DNA of 64,000 bases, taken from positions 57,226,001 through 57,290,000 of the forward strand of contig OX597825.1 of the NCBI GenBank assembly GCA_951406725.2. Reading direction: 5' to 3'. Both the position numbers and the translations under genes were made by a program. Shown piece by piece: positions 49,369-63,589 of this stretch (its first letter is position 1; each line of letters starts with the position of its first letter). The notes beneath the pieces were generated by a model. That model was not told where the DNA came from. It ran no database searches and worked only from the letters and a program-made list of their open reading frames with translations. This DNA is from Octopus vulgaris (Eukaryota).

Positions 49369-50267
49369 ATATACACACACACACACATACATAAATATAT
49401 GCATATATACATATTTATATTATACACATACACATTGACACATAAATATATACATACATATTTATATTATACACACATACACTCACACAAATAGATACAT
49501 AAATATATACATCATCATCATTTAACATCCGTTTTCCATGCTGGCATGAGTTGGACAGTTTGACTGAGGTCTGGAGAGCCAGCAGCTGCACCAAGCTCCA
49601 ATCTAGTCTGGCAATGTTTCTACAACTTGATGCCCTTCCTAACGCCCACCAGTCTGAGAGTGTAGTGGGTGTTTTTTACGTGCCACCAGCACAGGAGCCA
49701 GTCAGTGAGTACTGGCCTCAGTCATGTTCAGATAGTGCTTTTTATGTGCCACTGGGTAGTGCTTTTTATATGCTGCTGGTACAGGAGCCAGATGTGTACA
49801 AATCAGTATGATTTGATTACCATTAAATAAACTAAATTACCTGTGCAGGTTGGTTGTTGAACCCTCATCTGTCATGAATGAGAAGAGAGTCCATCATGTG
49901 TGCATGTGTGTCTCTTAACTGGCATTATAAAAGTAATATCAGACTGAAATAAGTACTGTGGTTGATTTGATCAACTAAAACACTATAATGTAGTGCTCCA
50001 ACACTACATTATAGTCCAATGATTAAATTCAGTTAAAAATAAAAATAAAAAGAAGGTGGGATGCAATGTAACTAACCAGTTTTGATGACCCAGTCCAGAT
50101 CTTCTGAGAAATAGCAATCAAACAGCACCAAAAGAAGTTCCGATATATACATATTTATATTATACATACACACACACTCACATATGTATATATACACATA
50201 TGCATAAATATATACATACATACATATTTATATTATACACACACACACACATGTATATATATATATA

Positions 50268-50482
50268 CGAGAGGATGTTAAAAGTTCTTGGCTTTAAGGG
50301 TATTGCAAAAGGCCTGGTGGGAGGCCCAGCCTTCTATGTTTTTTACAGAGCTTAGAAAAACTGAAGGACTGCTGCAATAAGTGTGTGAATCTGAGAGGGG
50401 AATATATTGGATAAAATCACAATTAACTGATGCTTGTGTATTTTCTTTTATCCAAAGTCAGGAACTTTTCAGTACCTCCTCA
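50268..50482. mobile_element. Mariner-type MITE, second copy
   Basis: Homologous end to end with 6214-6431; TA at the left flank. Confidence 0.8.
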
Positions 50483-51218
50483 TGTGTGTGTGTGTGTGTT
50501 CTGTGTATGATTTTAAACCAAATCCAATAGTGGGGCCCTGGTTTGGGAGTTCTAGGGTTTTGAAGAGTGTGGAACCACCTCTTAGCCACTGTTGTCTATT
50601 CTGACTTGGAGTAGTTGCATGTCAGATTCCCAGCTATGTGTTAATTAGCAAGTCAGTTGAGCAGATAGAGCTTGTTAGGCTGGGGTTGTAGGTAACTCAT
50701 CTACGGCAAGGAAAACCCTAATTTGAAACTCCTGCTGCCTTGCAGTAATACCAAGTCATGGGAAGTGCTTTGAGAGTAAACTCCAGGGAAAAGTTGAGAG
50801 TTGGAGCCCCTGAGGCAGTTTGACATCTACAATCTTGTTCTGGTGACTCCTATGATGCTGGTACCAAATTGTGACAACCATACTTTTCCTTAGAGAGGAG
50901 CAGTAACTGCTATTTCCAGTCACTTAGTATCTATCATTGATAAGGTCAAATCAGACTGAGATCACATGATCTGGTAGTCTGGAGTGGTGAAATTAGCAGT
51001 GATTGTCTGCTGCTGGTAATAGCTATGATGTACATTTATGAACCACATAACCATATAAGAGTTTTCTCTCTTGGTAAATATCGCAGTATCCGTGTGTTCT
51101 AACACAACATCCACTTTTAATTAGTGAATATTTTACCTTTATATATATATGGATACATATATATGTATATATATTCATATATATATATATATTCATATGT
51201 ATATATATATATATATGA

Positions 51219-52140
51219 GTGGGATATGACCTGGTCACCTCTATTGTCCACAAGGGAGTCATACCCAATGATTGGTGCAGCAGCATTATAGTCAACTGCT
51301 ACAAAGGAAAGGGCAATGCCCTAGACAGAAATAATTACAGAGGGACTAAATTGCTGGACCAAATGATGAAGGTTGCAGAAAGGGTCAAAGCTCAATTAAT
51401 TAGGAAGAGAGTTAGCATAGATGAGATGCAGTTTGGATTTGTGCTTGGAAGAAGTACCACTGATGCTATTTTTTGGTGAGGCAACTGTAGGAGAAATACT
51501 TAGCCAAAAATAAACCTCTGTATCTGGCTTTTGAAGCTGGACATGAACTTAGGTAACAATCTGATTATATAACCTTACGCTCATCAGAGTTAGCTGATAT
51601 TGTCGGAGGTGGATTAACACAACTGGTCAGTGGCTGATATATTCATATATTTATGTGTGTGTGTGTGTGTATGTGTGCAGGTGGATGAGGACAGCTGCAT
51701 AAAGAAGTGCTAAGCTCTAATTGTGGAAGGTAGCAGTGGAAGGTGTAGTCCCAGGAAGATGTGGGACAAAGGATCTTCATATGCTGGGCCTCACTGAGGA
51801 AATGACAAGGGGCCAGGAGATATGGCAATTTGCTGTACCTGACAAGACATGTCAAACTAAGTAAAATCGCTGTCTTCCACACATACAGGCTTGTCCTTTC
51901 AGGAGCCGGTGCCACTTAAAAAGCACCCATGCCAGTACTGTGTTCATGCACCTGTGTCGGTGCTGCGTAAAAACCACCCAGCACACTTTAAGTTGTTGGT
52001 ATTAGGAAGGGCATCCAGCTGTAGAAATCATGCCACAACAAACAGCTGGAGTCCAGATAGCTCCCCTGTTAGCCAGCTCCATGTCAAACAATCCATCCAT
52101 GCCAGCATGGAGAACAGACATTAAATGATGATGATGATGA
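51219..52140 (+). mobile_element. RTE LINE fragments (RT N-terminal part; ORF end plus 3'UTR)
   Basis: GVIPNDWCSSIIVNCYKGKGNALDRNNYRGTKLL..MQFGFVLGRSTTDAIF; (GAT)n tail at about 52125. Confidence 0.85.
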
Positions 52141-52344
52141 TTTGTCTCCCACCACCACTTGAGAGTTAGTGTTGGTGTGTTTACATCCTCTGCAACTTAG
52201 CAGTTCAGCAAAACGACCAATAGAACTACCAGGCTTGAAGAAAAAATAATGACTGGTATTGATTCACTCGACTAAAAATTCTTCAAGGTGGTACCCCAGT
52301 ATGGGCACAGTTTACTGACTGAAGCAAGGTATAAGATATAATGG

Positions 52345-52375
<31 letters not shown>

Positions 52376-52495
52376 CATACACACACAAATATATATATAT
52401 ATGCACACACACAAATATATATATATATATATACACAAATATATATATATACATACAAATATATATATATATATACACACACATATATATACATA

Positions 52496-52540
<45 letters not shown>

Positions 52541-53309
52541 TAGCATGGAGAACGGACGTTAAACGACGATATATATATATACACACACACATATATACAT
52601 ACACGTAGAGTGTATTAGTTACATACGGATGCCTGCATGCAGAGATACACGCACCATATTTCAGCTATCTGTCTATCAACCTTGTTAAGTAAGGATAATA
52701 TAATTGTGTGTGTATGTATATATATAATATTGACACGTGTGTGTATTTACATATGACTATGGATGCACACACACAATGTATGTGACATATCTGACAAGTC
52801 CATAACATTTTTTTATGCTTATGTATATATGCCTCTATGTACATCCATTCATACATTTATCTATCCAATTTATCTGGCTCTTTCTCTCTATATGTATACT
52901 CTTACAAAGTACTACTACTAACATGTAACCCAGTACAACCTGTCATATGGGGATAGGCTTTGCTCTCAATATTGAATTTTGGCGCGAACCTTTCAATGAT
53001 CTTTTTACAAATGGATCACTGCATATTTTTACTGCTTTCTCTCTTGGCAGTAGAGTTTTAACTCTTTCAGCCTCTCCCAGTAGCCTAGCAGTTGATTTGA
53101 GGTGATCTCCTTCATGAAGGATTGGTAGATTGCCTCTAGTTCAGTTGTTAGTTCAATAATGTTTGATAACTATAATTGTGAGTAGTAGACTGGGCAGCTG
53201 AAGATAACTGTTCTTCACAAAAGCAGCATGGTTCCCTGCTGTCTTGTACTGAATAATCTCAGGATGTCTCAACCCATCCTTTCGCCCATTGTTGCCAACT
53301 TGGTAATGT

Positions 53310-53632
53310 GTACATGAAAAGATGCATCATTTGCTTGAGAAGACACGTCAAGCATAGTGAAATGATAGTTATGGCCAGCGCCAGAGACACGTAAAAGCCC
53401 CCCATGCTGGTGATATGTTAAAAGCACCTGTGCTGGGGATAGGTAAAAGGCACCCATGCCGGTGACATGTTAAAAGCACCAGGTACACTCTGTCGAGTGG
53501 ATGGGATTAGGAAGGGCATCCAGCCATAGAAACCAAGCTAAAACAGACTGGAGCTTTGTGCAGCTCTTCGGCTTGCCACTTCAGGTTGAACTGTCTAACC
53601 CATGCCGGCATGGAAAACAGATGCTGATGATT
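53310..53632 (+). mobile_element. RTE 3'UTR fragment
   Basis: GTAAAAG(C/G)CACC units and ACCCATGCCGGCATGGAAAACAGA end. Confidence 0.75.
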
Positions 53633-53679
53633 ATGCATATTTATCCCCAGGTCATATACTGACTGTGACTCTGGGATTG

Positions 53680-54690
53680 CAATTTCTCCAGATCCTGTGT
53701 AACCTGGTTGTAGAGTATTTGTGGGTTGATAATAAAGAACTTAGAATTTCCTAGTGTTAATTGCATGTTATTTTCTTCAGACCTCTAGCAGATTACACTA
53801 AGGACCTGCTGCAGGTTTGCAGTATCTCTGGGGTCCTTTATTACCCGAGATGCTTTTGCATCATTACCATAGCTGATGAGAGTAGTTGTTTGTGTAACTA
53901 AGGGCATGTTTGATAAAGGTGTCGCAAATAGCAATGACCCCAAGACAGTCCCCTGTGGGACTGCACTCAAAATTGGGATTTCCTTTGAAAGGATATGGTT
54001 GGTTGTGACTGTCATGCAACCATTCTTCTTATTTCCCAATACTACCCATACCACATAGTTTGCTTTCTCAAAGGGCTTCACAAGGTTGAGATATATAACA
54101 TTCCTGATCAAATGATTGAGTAGCTGCTTCTGCACCCAGTTGTAGTGCTACAGAAGTTGTGTAAGGCAACTTCTTCCTGAGTGAAAGCCACACTAAGTGT
54201 TAGTTAGCAAGCCCTTTTCTTCTAAGATCACGATAAATTTTTTTCTGTCAATTCATTTGTTCCATAACTTTATAGATATGCAAAGCCTCTATTCTGGTTC
54301 CACTTTTATCAGTAGGGTATATTATGCCTTCCTTCAACTTTTTCAAATGTCCCACTTCCTAGGAAATTTTGAAAGAATATTTGAAGTGGGTATAGCTGGA
54401 GCTTGTTTATATGTTTTTAGAAGGATTCTAGAGAATCTATTAGGGTCTGTTGCAGAAATTAAGCTCATTCCCACTATAGCTGATATAAAATCTACTTTAT
54501 GCCAATGTAATTGATATTTATCACCTGTTAATATAGTGCTACAGGGTCAAAGAATTCCTCAAGCTTATTTACCTGCTCATGTCCCACTGGGGAGATAAAA
54601 GCACTTTTGAACTGTTCATTCAGTATTTCACTTAACTTTTTGGTGTCTTCTGTTAATAAGGTGCCTCTTTAAAAAAAATGGCCCTAAATT
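53680..54690 (-). pseudogene. Decayed CR1/L2-like RT fragment
   Basis: IYLNLVKPFEK (YLDFAKAFD-like), SAVPQGTVLGSLLF, ISYGNDAK (SYADDTK-like). Confidence 0.8.
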
Positions 54691-54719
54691 CTGATACATA
54701 GTAGATGATTTATCTCTTA

Positions 54720-55080
54720 ACTTCAATTTGTTTTAATCATTGGACTGCAACCATACAGGGGCACTACATAGAAGGATTTTAGCCAAAATGAATCTCAGTA
54801 TTTACATTTTCGAAGCCTGGTATTTATTCTAGCAGTCTCTTTTTCCTGAACTGATAATGTGGAGGAACGTAAAGAAACGAACACAAGCACAAAGACACAC
54901 ATAGACATATACTACAAGCTTCTTTCAATTTCTGTTTACCAAATCCACTAAATAAGCTATGACTGGGCCAGGGCTATAGCAGGAAACACTTGCTCTGTAA
55001 GGTACCACACAGTGGGACCGAATTTGGAACCATGTGTTTTTTGAAGTAAACCTCTTACTACACAGCAACGTCTGCACCTA
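54720..55080 (-). mobile_element. Decayed family B SINE
   Basis: Reverse complement of the family B consensus. Confidence 0.7.
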
Positions 55081-55289
55081 GATTCTCTAGTAAATTTGAA
55101 GAAAACTTTGTTCTTATTTTCTCTATAGCCCTGCTTTCCCTCTCTGCTCTCTCCCTTTTACGGGAGAGTCTGATTTTGTTTTTCTATTTCTAAGTGGGAC
55201 TGTTTGTTGTTTCTCTAAATCTTAATTCTTAACTTCATGTACTGAGGACATTCGAGTTAATGTTTCAGAATTTAAAAAAATATTTACTT

Positions 55290-55434
55290 GGCTATGTGGT
55301 AAGAAGCTTGCTTCCCAGCCGCATGGTTTCAGGTACAGGCCTATTGCGTGGCACCTTGGAGAAGTATCTTCTATAGTTTCGGGCCTTGTCAGTAGATTTG
55401 GGAGACAGAAATTGAAAGAAGCTCGTCGTATATT

Positions 55435-55483
<49 letters not shown>

Positions 55484-55495
55484 AACAGCAGTGGT

Positions 55496-55579
<84 letters not shown>

Positions 55580-55772
55580 TCCACTACCACTGCTTGACAA
55601 CTGGTGGTGTGCTTACGTCCCCGTAACTTGGCGGTTCGGTGACAGGGTCCGATAGAATAAGTATCAGGCTTAAAAAAAAATAAGTATCGGGGTCAATAAA
55701 TTCGACTAAAAATTCTTTGATGGGGTGCCCATCGTGGCCGCAGTCTAATGACTGAAACAAGTAAAAGATAAA
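55290..55772 (+). mobile_element. Family B SINE
   Basis: Head, microsatellite linker, tail GGCCGCAGTCTAATGACTGAAACAAGTAAAAG. Confidence 0.85.
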
Positions 55773-55841
55773 ACGTGTATATATATATATATATATATAT
55801 AATGTATGTATGTATATATATATATATATATATTATGTATG

Positions 55842-55894
<53 letters not shown>

Positions 55895-57175
55895 TGTATG
55901 TATGTATATATAAATATATAAAGAGAGAGCACATAGAAGGAATCAAACAAGGTATACAATGATATAAACGTATTTTCCAATAATTCAAATCTATGTCTGT
56001 ATTAATGTGTGTAGACACACACACAAAGAGAGAATGGAAGAGAGATTGTTTAGTGGAAAGAATGAAAACGCGTCTATAACCTCTAGATATATAAAAATGA
56101 AAATCTTTAACGAAGTCTTAACGAAAATAAATGGAATAAAGATTTTTAAAAAATTTAACGAGAAAGAACAAAAAGTGCTATCTTCATATAGATTGTCAAT
56201 TTAAGGAAAATAGGTCAAGGCAAAAGTTGAAATATTAACCACAAACGTGAAATAACTATCCTGTAATCGTACTTTAAATGACCAACATGTGGTACGTGTT
56301 TAATCATAATGAAATAGGTTGACATAGAAATATATATGTATACAAACACCAACGAAAAAAGAAAAAAATGTTTTTTTCTATAAAAATGTCCTTTTCTTCT
56401 TTTTATTTACTATAGGAATCTTTTTTTTTTTCATGGTTTTTGATTTCGAATTGAAAATCTGTAGACGAGAAATCTGGTTATGGAGGAGGCAAAGAAAAGA
56501 TGCAGAAATTGTGTAATTTGTTGCTAACGTTATTGGCAATATTTTACGTGGAAATATTTTCATTTAATTTTACAAAGGAAACATAAGAAAAATATTTGTC
56601 TAATATCTTTTCTCTTTTGTTTTGTACAATAAAACCGTGGGGGGAAAATGATTTGTGCGTGTCTGTCTGTAATAAAGTGCGTGTTGCGTGTCTATGTAAG
56701 TGCGTTTTGCGTCTTATACGTTGATGTGACGTTGAAAAAAAGTGAAAAAGTGGCAGTAATGGTAAAAATAGATGTTTTTGGTGTTTTTTTGTTTAAATAC
56801 AAGTTTTATTGTATCCAATGAAACATTAGAACGTTTGTAGATGAATCTGAACGTCTACACGTATAGGTCAACCAGATGTAGGTTGAATTTGTTTCATGTA
56901 TTGTAGCTATTTTTATGTTTGTGTGTGTTTGTATGTGTATGTATTTGTAACCTATGCATGAGTGAAAGAGGAGGGTGTAAGGGGGAGAGAGAGGGCCTAG
57001 TAGCAGGAGTAATGCTGGCATAACACACATTTGCACATCAATCAACATATTCTATTCACTTCGAAACATCTAGCAAGCAAAACAGCGCCTTGTTGAAACT
57101 ACAAGAAGTCTCCATCTAAACTAACTTTTTTTACTCCCAAAATCCCTGTTGTATTTTTGCATTTAAATACTAAAC

Positions 57176-57241
57176 ATGGTGCGGTCTTCAAGAGTGCAAA
57201 AAACTCAACCGAAAAAAACTAAAGCAGATTCTCCAGCGCCG
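57176..57241 (+). CDS. Candidate first coding exon MVRSSRVQKTQPKKTKADSPAP, product unknown
   Basis: AAACATGG start context, 22 open codons, donor CCG|GTAAGA; no downstream exon identified. Confidence 0.45.
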
Positions 57242-57725
57242 GTAAGATATTTTATTTAAAGAAGAACTAAATGGAATAAGGAGCTAGCTTTTTAACCATT
57301 CCGCGACCGCTCACTTTTTGTGTACACGTGTGTGTGTTTGCTTGTCCTTGTGTGCGTGAATATATATATATTTATATATATATATATGTGCGTGTTTCTA
57401 TCCGTTTGTGTTTGTCTTTGTGTGCGTGCTTGGAAATATATTTTTGAAAACAGACATAAACGAATATTCTGCAGAAAAATGCCTACTAGATCGAAGTTCT
57501 TTCACATATCTTACTCTCAATTATCGATATATATATAATATATAATATATATATATATAATATACATATATATATAATATACATATATATAATATATATA
57601 CATGTATATATCAGACTAAAGAGAGCAATGGAGAGGGGAAATGTAGAGATAGTGAGAGAGGGTGAACCTTCCAGCAGCGCGCTTCTGGTTGATGGCGAAA
57701 TGAAAGACAAAAAAAAAGATCATAC

Positions 57726-57734
57726 CTTGACCAT
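57726..57734 (-). CDS. Candidate coding end (MVK) of a minus-strand first exon
   Basis: AAAACATGG context, AAG|GTATGA donor, Inr-like TCAGTT about 285 nt upstream. Confidence 0.35.
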
Positions 57735-59234
57735 GTTTTACAAATTATTTCTATAATACTTCGATTTCCCACCAATTCTTTTTACCTAATATTCTTACTT
57801 GACGCTTCGACTTCATTTCTGCCGAATTAGTTTAGCTTTTGCTCTTTTCTATTTTCTCTACGGTTGTGTTACATGCTGCCTTGTCTATCCTGTCCACTGT
57901 TTTCCCCATTATTAAAACACGATGTTTCATGTTTTGCGATAATTTCTTGGCGCTCCTTCGAAATGTTGCGTTTTAATATTTATTATTTGTTGCGTGTCTC
58001 TCTGAGACTTTTCAACTGAAGTAACGAATTTTATTTACATACTACGAAAACGAAATGTGAAATATACATATTTTTTTTTATAAATGTAAGCCTTCAAATT
58101 GTGTATCTGTTTAATATACAGTGTTTGCGTGAGTGTATATATATATACATACATACATACATACAATATATATGTATAGACACATGTGCTAGGCTGTTTA
58201 AATGCTAATTAAGACAGTTAAGATATTTAATCAGTTGTAAGAGACGATATTTTCTTAAAAGAAATATTAATACAATTTTTACCAAATACAAAAATTAATC
58301 AATTTTCTCTCATAACATTCTTGTAATAATAAACCTATTTCTTTCTCTAATGTTTTTCCATGACGTTATTTTCAATTACAAAAAATCTATTTCCATAGGA
58401 ATAACAATGGAGATATTGTCTGAAATCACATAAAGCATCTGCTCTTTTTCTTTTTTTTTTTAATTACCATCATAATTACAAAGCGAATTTATTTCCATTG
58501 ATAAATCTTTTAAATTATTTTTTTCTGTTACATTAGAAATATATTTTACTAAAACAAAACAAGAAGGTATCTGCAATGATAGGGGTGAAGATGTGGACGT
58601 TATTTAAATGTAGTGTTGGATCTCAGCTTTTTTCTCAAAAAATACTGTTTCAGGCTCTCTACTAAATATGCCATTATATACCATCGTTGTTCATTTATTT
58701 TGTTGCTTGTGTTAAAAGAGATGAGATGGCCATTTAGAGATATAGCAAAGGAGAATGTGTGAAGCGGCAAATTGAGAATGGAGGATAAAGTCAATAAGAA
58801 AAGAGAGAGAGAGAGGGGCAGGGTTGTTTCTTTCACAACCGTTTCAACCGGACTCAGTCGGTTCCAGGCGGCTGAATCTGCTGAAGACTAGTTAGAAAGA
58901 GAGAAAGGGAGGGCCATTTAATGTCTAACATTGTTGAAGGAAGTGGGAGAGAGAAAAGCATTTATATTTATGACTTGTTCATTCTTGGTATTTCACCGTC
59001 CCTTACAGCCCTCTGTCCCCACCGTTCTCTCTGTCCCTCCATTCTTGTGGTTCAAAAACAACAGGACATTTTTTACTAAGTCCTTCTTATATACACATAG
59101 AACGAAAAAAATATATTATATAAAACACACACACACACACATAGAGAAATAGACTATTTGTAGATAAATGGTAAATATATTTGTGCACGTTTAGCAAACA
59201 TTAATTCTTGTGCATATATACATAGATATCCCCC

Positions 59235-59265
<31 letters not shown>

Positions 59266-59714
59266 GCTATCTATCATTCTATCTATCTATTATATACATG
59301 CATTTAAATGAAGCAACGGTTTCTTTCCGTTTCTATCATTAGTCTGATTTTGTAGCGTTTTTTCTCTCGCTTGCAAATTCTAACTAGATTTATATGATGA
59401 TAATTATTCTAAACATTTATTTACACCCATACTATAATAAAATGTAATACACGTATATTTCGAAAAATTTCAGTTGCTATATTTTTCCCCATTTTAACAA
59501 TATATTCTGTAATATTAGCCTCTCTTTTATTTCCATACTCTCTTTGCCTTTTTTCTCTTTTTCTCCTTCTTCATCCCTCTTGTCTTTTCCTTTCTCCCTC
59601 TTCTCTCTTTGCCTCCCTGCCTCCTTCTCTCTCTCTCCAGTCCTGTTCCCGCTCTTAAACATGACATGTAGTTTGCTAAAAGTGCAAACTTACGCAACCG
59701 CACTGAGAATAGAA

Positions 59715-60135
59715 TCATATAACCACACACATGCAGCGACACATCGACACGCATAGATGCAATTACATAAAAACACACAGACACAGCCACATAAAAACAC
59801 AAGCGAAATCAACTACATAAACACACGCAGATATTCAGTTACATAAAACCACATAGACACAGCTACATAAATACACATACAGACAGCTACATAAATGCAC
59901 ATACACACAGACACCGTTACAAAAATTTGCAGCAAGCACATTTAACTACAATAAACGCACAGAGCCACATAATCATACACAAGCTCAGTTGCTTAAAAAC
60001 ATACAGATGCAGTGACATAAATACGCAGGCACATATACACACACGCATACATACCCCCACAAATAGAGTTACATAAAAGTACGCGGCCACATAAAAATCA
60101 CACACATACACATATACATAGAACCACATAAACAC
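59715..60135. repeat. Degenerate minisatellite, unit about 22-28 bp (ACATAAAxACACAGACACAGCT)
   Basis: ACATAAA recurs at regular spacing. Confidence 0.7.
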
Positions 60136-63100
60136 GCACTGCGTAGCATGTTTTTTTTCTCGCCACGTCAGTAGAAACAAGTTATAAAATTCTTGGCTGT
60201 TTTCTCATTTTTTTTCTTTGATATTTGCTAGACTCATCATCATTATCATCGTTATTATTTTTAATCGTTCTTCCGCGTCCTCAGTTCATATCCCCACTAG
60301 ACCGACCTCACTTTCATCTCGCCGCTATCAATACAGTATACACCAGTAATTATCTGGAACCATACTAATTGACCATATTTCCTCACAATTCCCTCCAAAA
60401 TAAATTACTGGCCCAGTACCTTGTACAATTCATCGACATAATCTTTTACACAAATTTAATCAATGTTTTAATTGATTTGGTTTGTTTTTGTTTATTTTCC
60501 AAATGTCTAAAAAAATTTTTCATAATAATGGTTATTTGTAGCTTAGGGTAAACTATAAACACAAAACAAACTTTGCTGCGGGAATACTTGATTTTTAACG
60601 TCTTTGGAAGGATGAAAATATATCGCGGCCTTTTAACTCCGATCAGAGTCGTAACTAAATATCGCAATACATTAATTAGCACTGCTGAATTTATAATGTT
60701 AATAATATTATAATTTCGAACACGACCAGGAATTTTCGCGGGCTGCCATAGTCAACCCCAGTACTTGACAAGGGCTTTCTTCACTTTAAGGATTCTGGAA
60801 AGATGAAAAGTATAGTCAAATCTTGGCGGATTTGAACTCCGAACGTAAAGAGCCCTATCTGAATACTGCAAAACCTTTACTTTATCACTCTTCCGATTCT
60901 ACCAATTTAAAGTACTTTTTCTCATCGTTGAAATTTAAATGAGAACAAATAAACTTAGAATTGTGTGTGGGCGGGAAATAGGGTTTTAAAAAGCCTGTCA
61001 AAGGTGACGAGCTCCTTGAAAGCTAACGGCACCCATATTTTGGGTAAGTGGGAGAAATAGGCACCACCAAGATTATCAAGCCCAGCGAAACACTTGAAGG
61101 CACCTTATATCAATATTTAATTCTATACTGCACCAGTTGGAGCCAGGGTCATTAAGAAAGCCTTAGACCGAAAGGGGTGGACAGAATTGGTAAAATAATT
61201 CAGGGTTTCACACGTCAGAAATGCAAGAGGAAAGGTTTGAAAAAAGAAAAAAAATATCGTTGTCCGGGATTATTTCCAAGGATTCTTCGCTCTGGAGCTA
61301 TTCGTAAGCCTTTTTAAAAACGGTTTTCCGATGTTTTAAAATTGGGATTCAAAACCCGTAAAAAAAGTTTCTTTTTAGAATTTATATTCAATCAATTACT
61401 AATCAAGTCTAGATGGTATACAGCTGTTTTAGATTTTTTGTGTGTAATATAGGTTAGCGAATATTAAAAGTACATTTTTTCTATGTCTATGATTATATTT
61501 GTTTTCAGTTGAAGTGTATCAAATATATTTTGTTTGTATTTATAATTACATTTTCATCCTTCATAAATTAAAACAGCATTTTTAAATTTCCAGTAAACCA
61601 AATGAATTGTTTATACTATAACTGCTCTTATTATTTTAAAAACTAATAATTCGTACTTATGTTATTATCCTGTCATTAAATATATAAATACATTTTATGA
61701 AGCGATGGATTAAAAACATTTTTTATTGTTAAATTGAAAGTTAGAAGAAATTTCTTGGCCGTTTTTTTTAAAATTTCCGACATTCAAAACAAAAAAAAAA
61801 TTGGAAAATGTTTTTGAAGACAATGTGAAAAAGTTAAAACTGAATTAAGTTCCTAATACGATCTGAACGGTACTTCGTCATCAAAACCTCCCAATAGTGC
61901 TCTATAGTGGGAGCCCTGTCGTAATTGCAGAGAGATATTGATACCACAGTTTGTTGTGGTCCGTTTTGATGCCTTCTCTCAGTTCATGTAGGGCGACGAC
62001 CACTCTGACTGTTGTTACTTGTAGGGCTGCAGGACTCCCTCAAACCCACCCAAGAAGCAAATTCGATAGAATTACTTGTTTAGCTGTTGATGATCCAGCC
62101 AAGAAACGGGGTGCACACTTACATGTTACTTTAGGCAAGAAGCCAAATACCCAAGACATTGAGCGTATATGTATATATGTGTTTATTTATGTATATATAT
62201 ATAAATAAAAACTGAACTTTGAACAAAGGATTTAACGCGTATACATCCTGATAAGCCAAACATGGCGAATCTTCGAAATTACTGTCAAAGATTTATTGTA
62301 AATGTTTGTGTGTGTGTATGTATATACTCGTGCTAGAGCAAGTCATTATTTTCAATGCACTTTTATTTTTATTCCTATTGGCGGGAAAGTTAGTTTCGCG
62401 CGCATCACTTGAACGTGCTCTCCCAGTCACAACAGTGCAGGCCTACACTTGAAATATCAGCGAAGTTATTGTTTTTAACTATGACCATGACTGTTCTGCA
62501 TGATTTCATAACCAGAATCATAACAAATTTACATATTCTTTGTCAATTCATCAGTCATTGCCCGTCTGGACTAGTTCAGTCTTATTACTCACACAAGAAA
62601 ATGGTCAAACATCAAGTTAGTTCTTGATGCACGTCATCTTGTATGGTCATTAAAAGTTTTTAGCCCAATCGTTCACGATTATAGCGTCAGGATATTGTCC
62701 CACTGCCATTAGAATCCTTCGATGAATTTCGGCCTCTGATTGATAAACCTTCAATTTACTATGGGGGATAAAAAAGCATCATTGAATTCTGCTCTTGACG
62801 CAAACAGAATGCTGAGCAGCAGCCATAGTTAACTCAAAAACAACTTAAGAGGCATTTAATATTCAAACTAGAGTGAGACTACAGTTAGTGATGCATGCAA
62901 AAATAATTTTCCCGCCAATCGGCAAAGAGAATTTTCAGTGAATTGCAGCCATTGTTCATCTAATAACGATAACTTAACTGATGTTTCAAATTCAAACCTG
63001 CACTTTAAGTGTCTACTGATGCGTGCGGAACTATTTTTCCCGCCAAAGAACTCAAGTGAATTGCAGATAATTTATAACTCTTGTGTATGTGTGTGTGTGT

Positions 63101-63137
63101 GTGTGTATGTACACACACACACACACAGGTAACCAGA

Positions 63138-63360
63138 AGATGGTGAGCTAGCAGAAATACCAGAGCTTCAAGGAAAAAACGCTTTCTAGTTTTTGTTTCG
63201 ATTCGTTACACCCTGAATTCAAATCCAGCCGAGGTCAACTTTACCCTATATCCTTCCTGGGTCGATAAAATAAAGTACCAGTCAAATACTACGCTCGATA
63301 GTAGCGATTAACCCCTCATCTTCGAATTGCTGGCATTGTTATGCCCTAAATTAGAAATTT
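63138..63360 (+). mobile_element. Family A SINE
   Basis: GATGGTGAGCTAGCAGAA..GAATTCAAATCCAGCCGAGGTCAACTTT..GGGTCGATAAAATAAAGTACCAG. Confidence 0.8.
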
Positions 63361-63589
63361 AACGTATATAAAGTAATCTGAATTGAACATTCATCCCTAC
63401 TATCACTTCGTTATCAACTGGTTTCTAGCCAGTTTGATGATGTGTATACTTGTTGCTTGGCTTCCTGATCGAGTATACCTATAATTAAAACCATTCTAGC
63501 CGTGACTATCACGTTTTTTTTTTTCAGGTGTACAGTGATAATTATACTTCATAATAGGAAATATTTGATAGCTGTTTGATATTTAAGTA

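Larger units (their letters stand above)
56000..59100. promoter_or_regulatory. Candidate promoter/first-exon zone
   Basis: No SINE or LINE recognised, CpG retained, Inr-like TCAGTT (minus strand, 58014-58019), two ATG plus splice-donor units. Confidence 0.5.
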
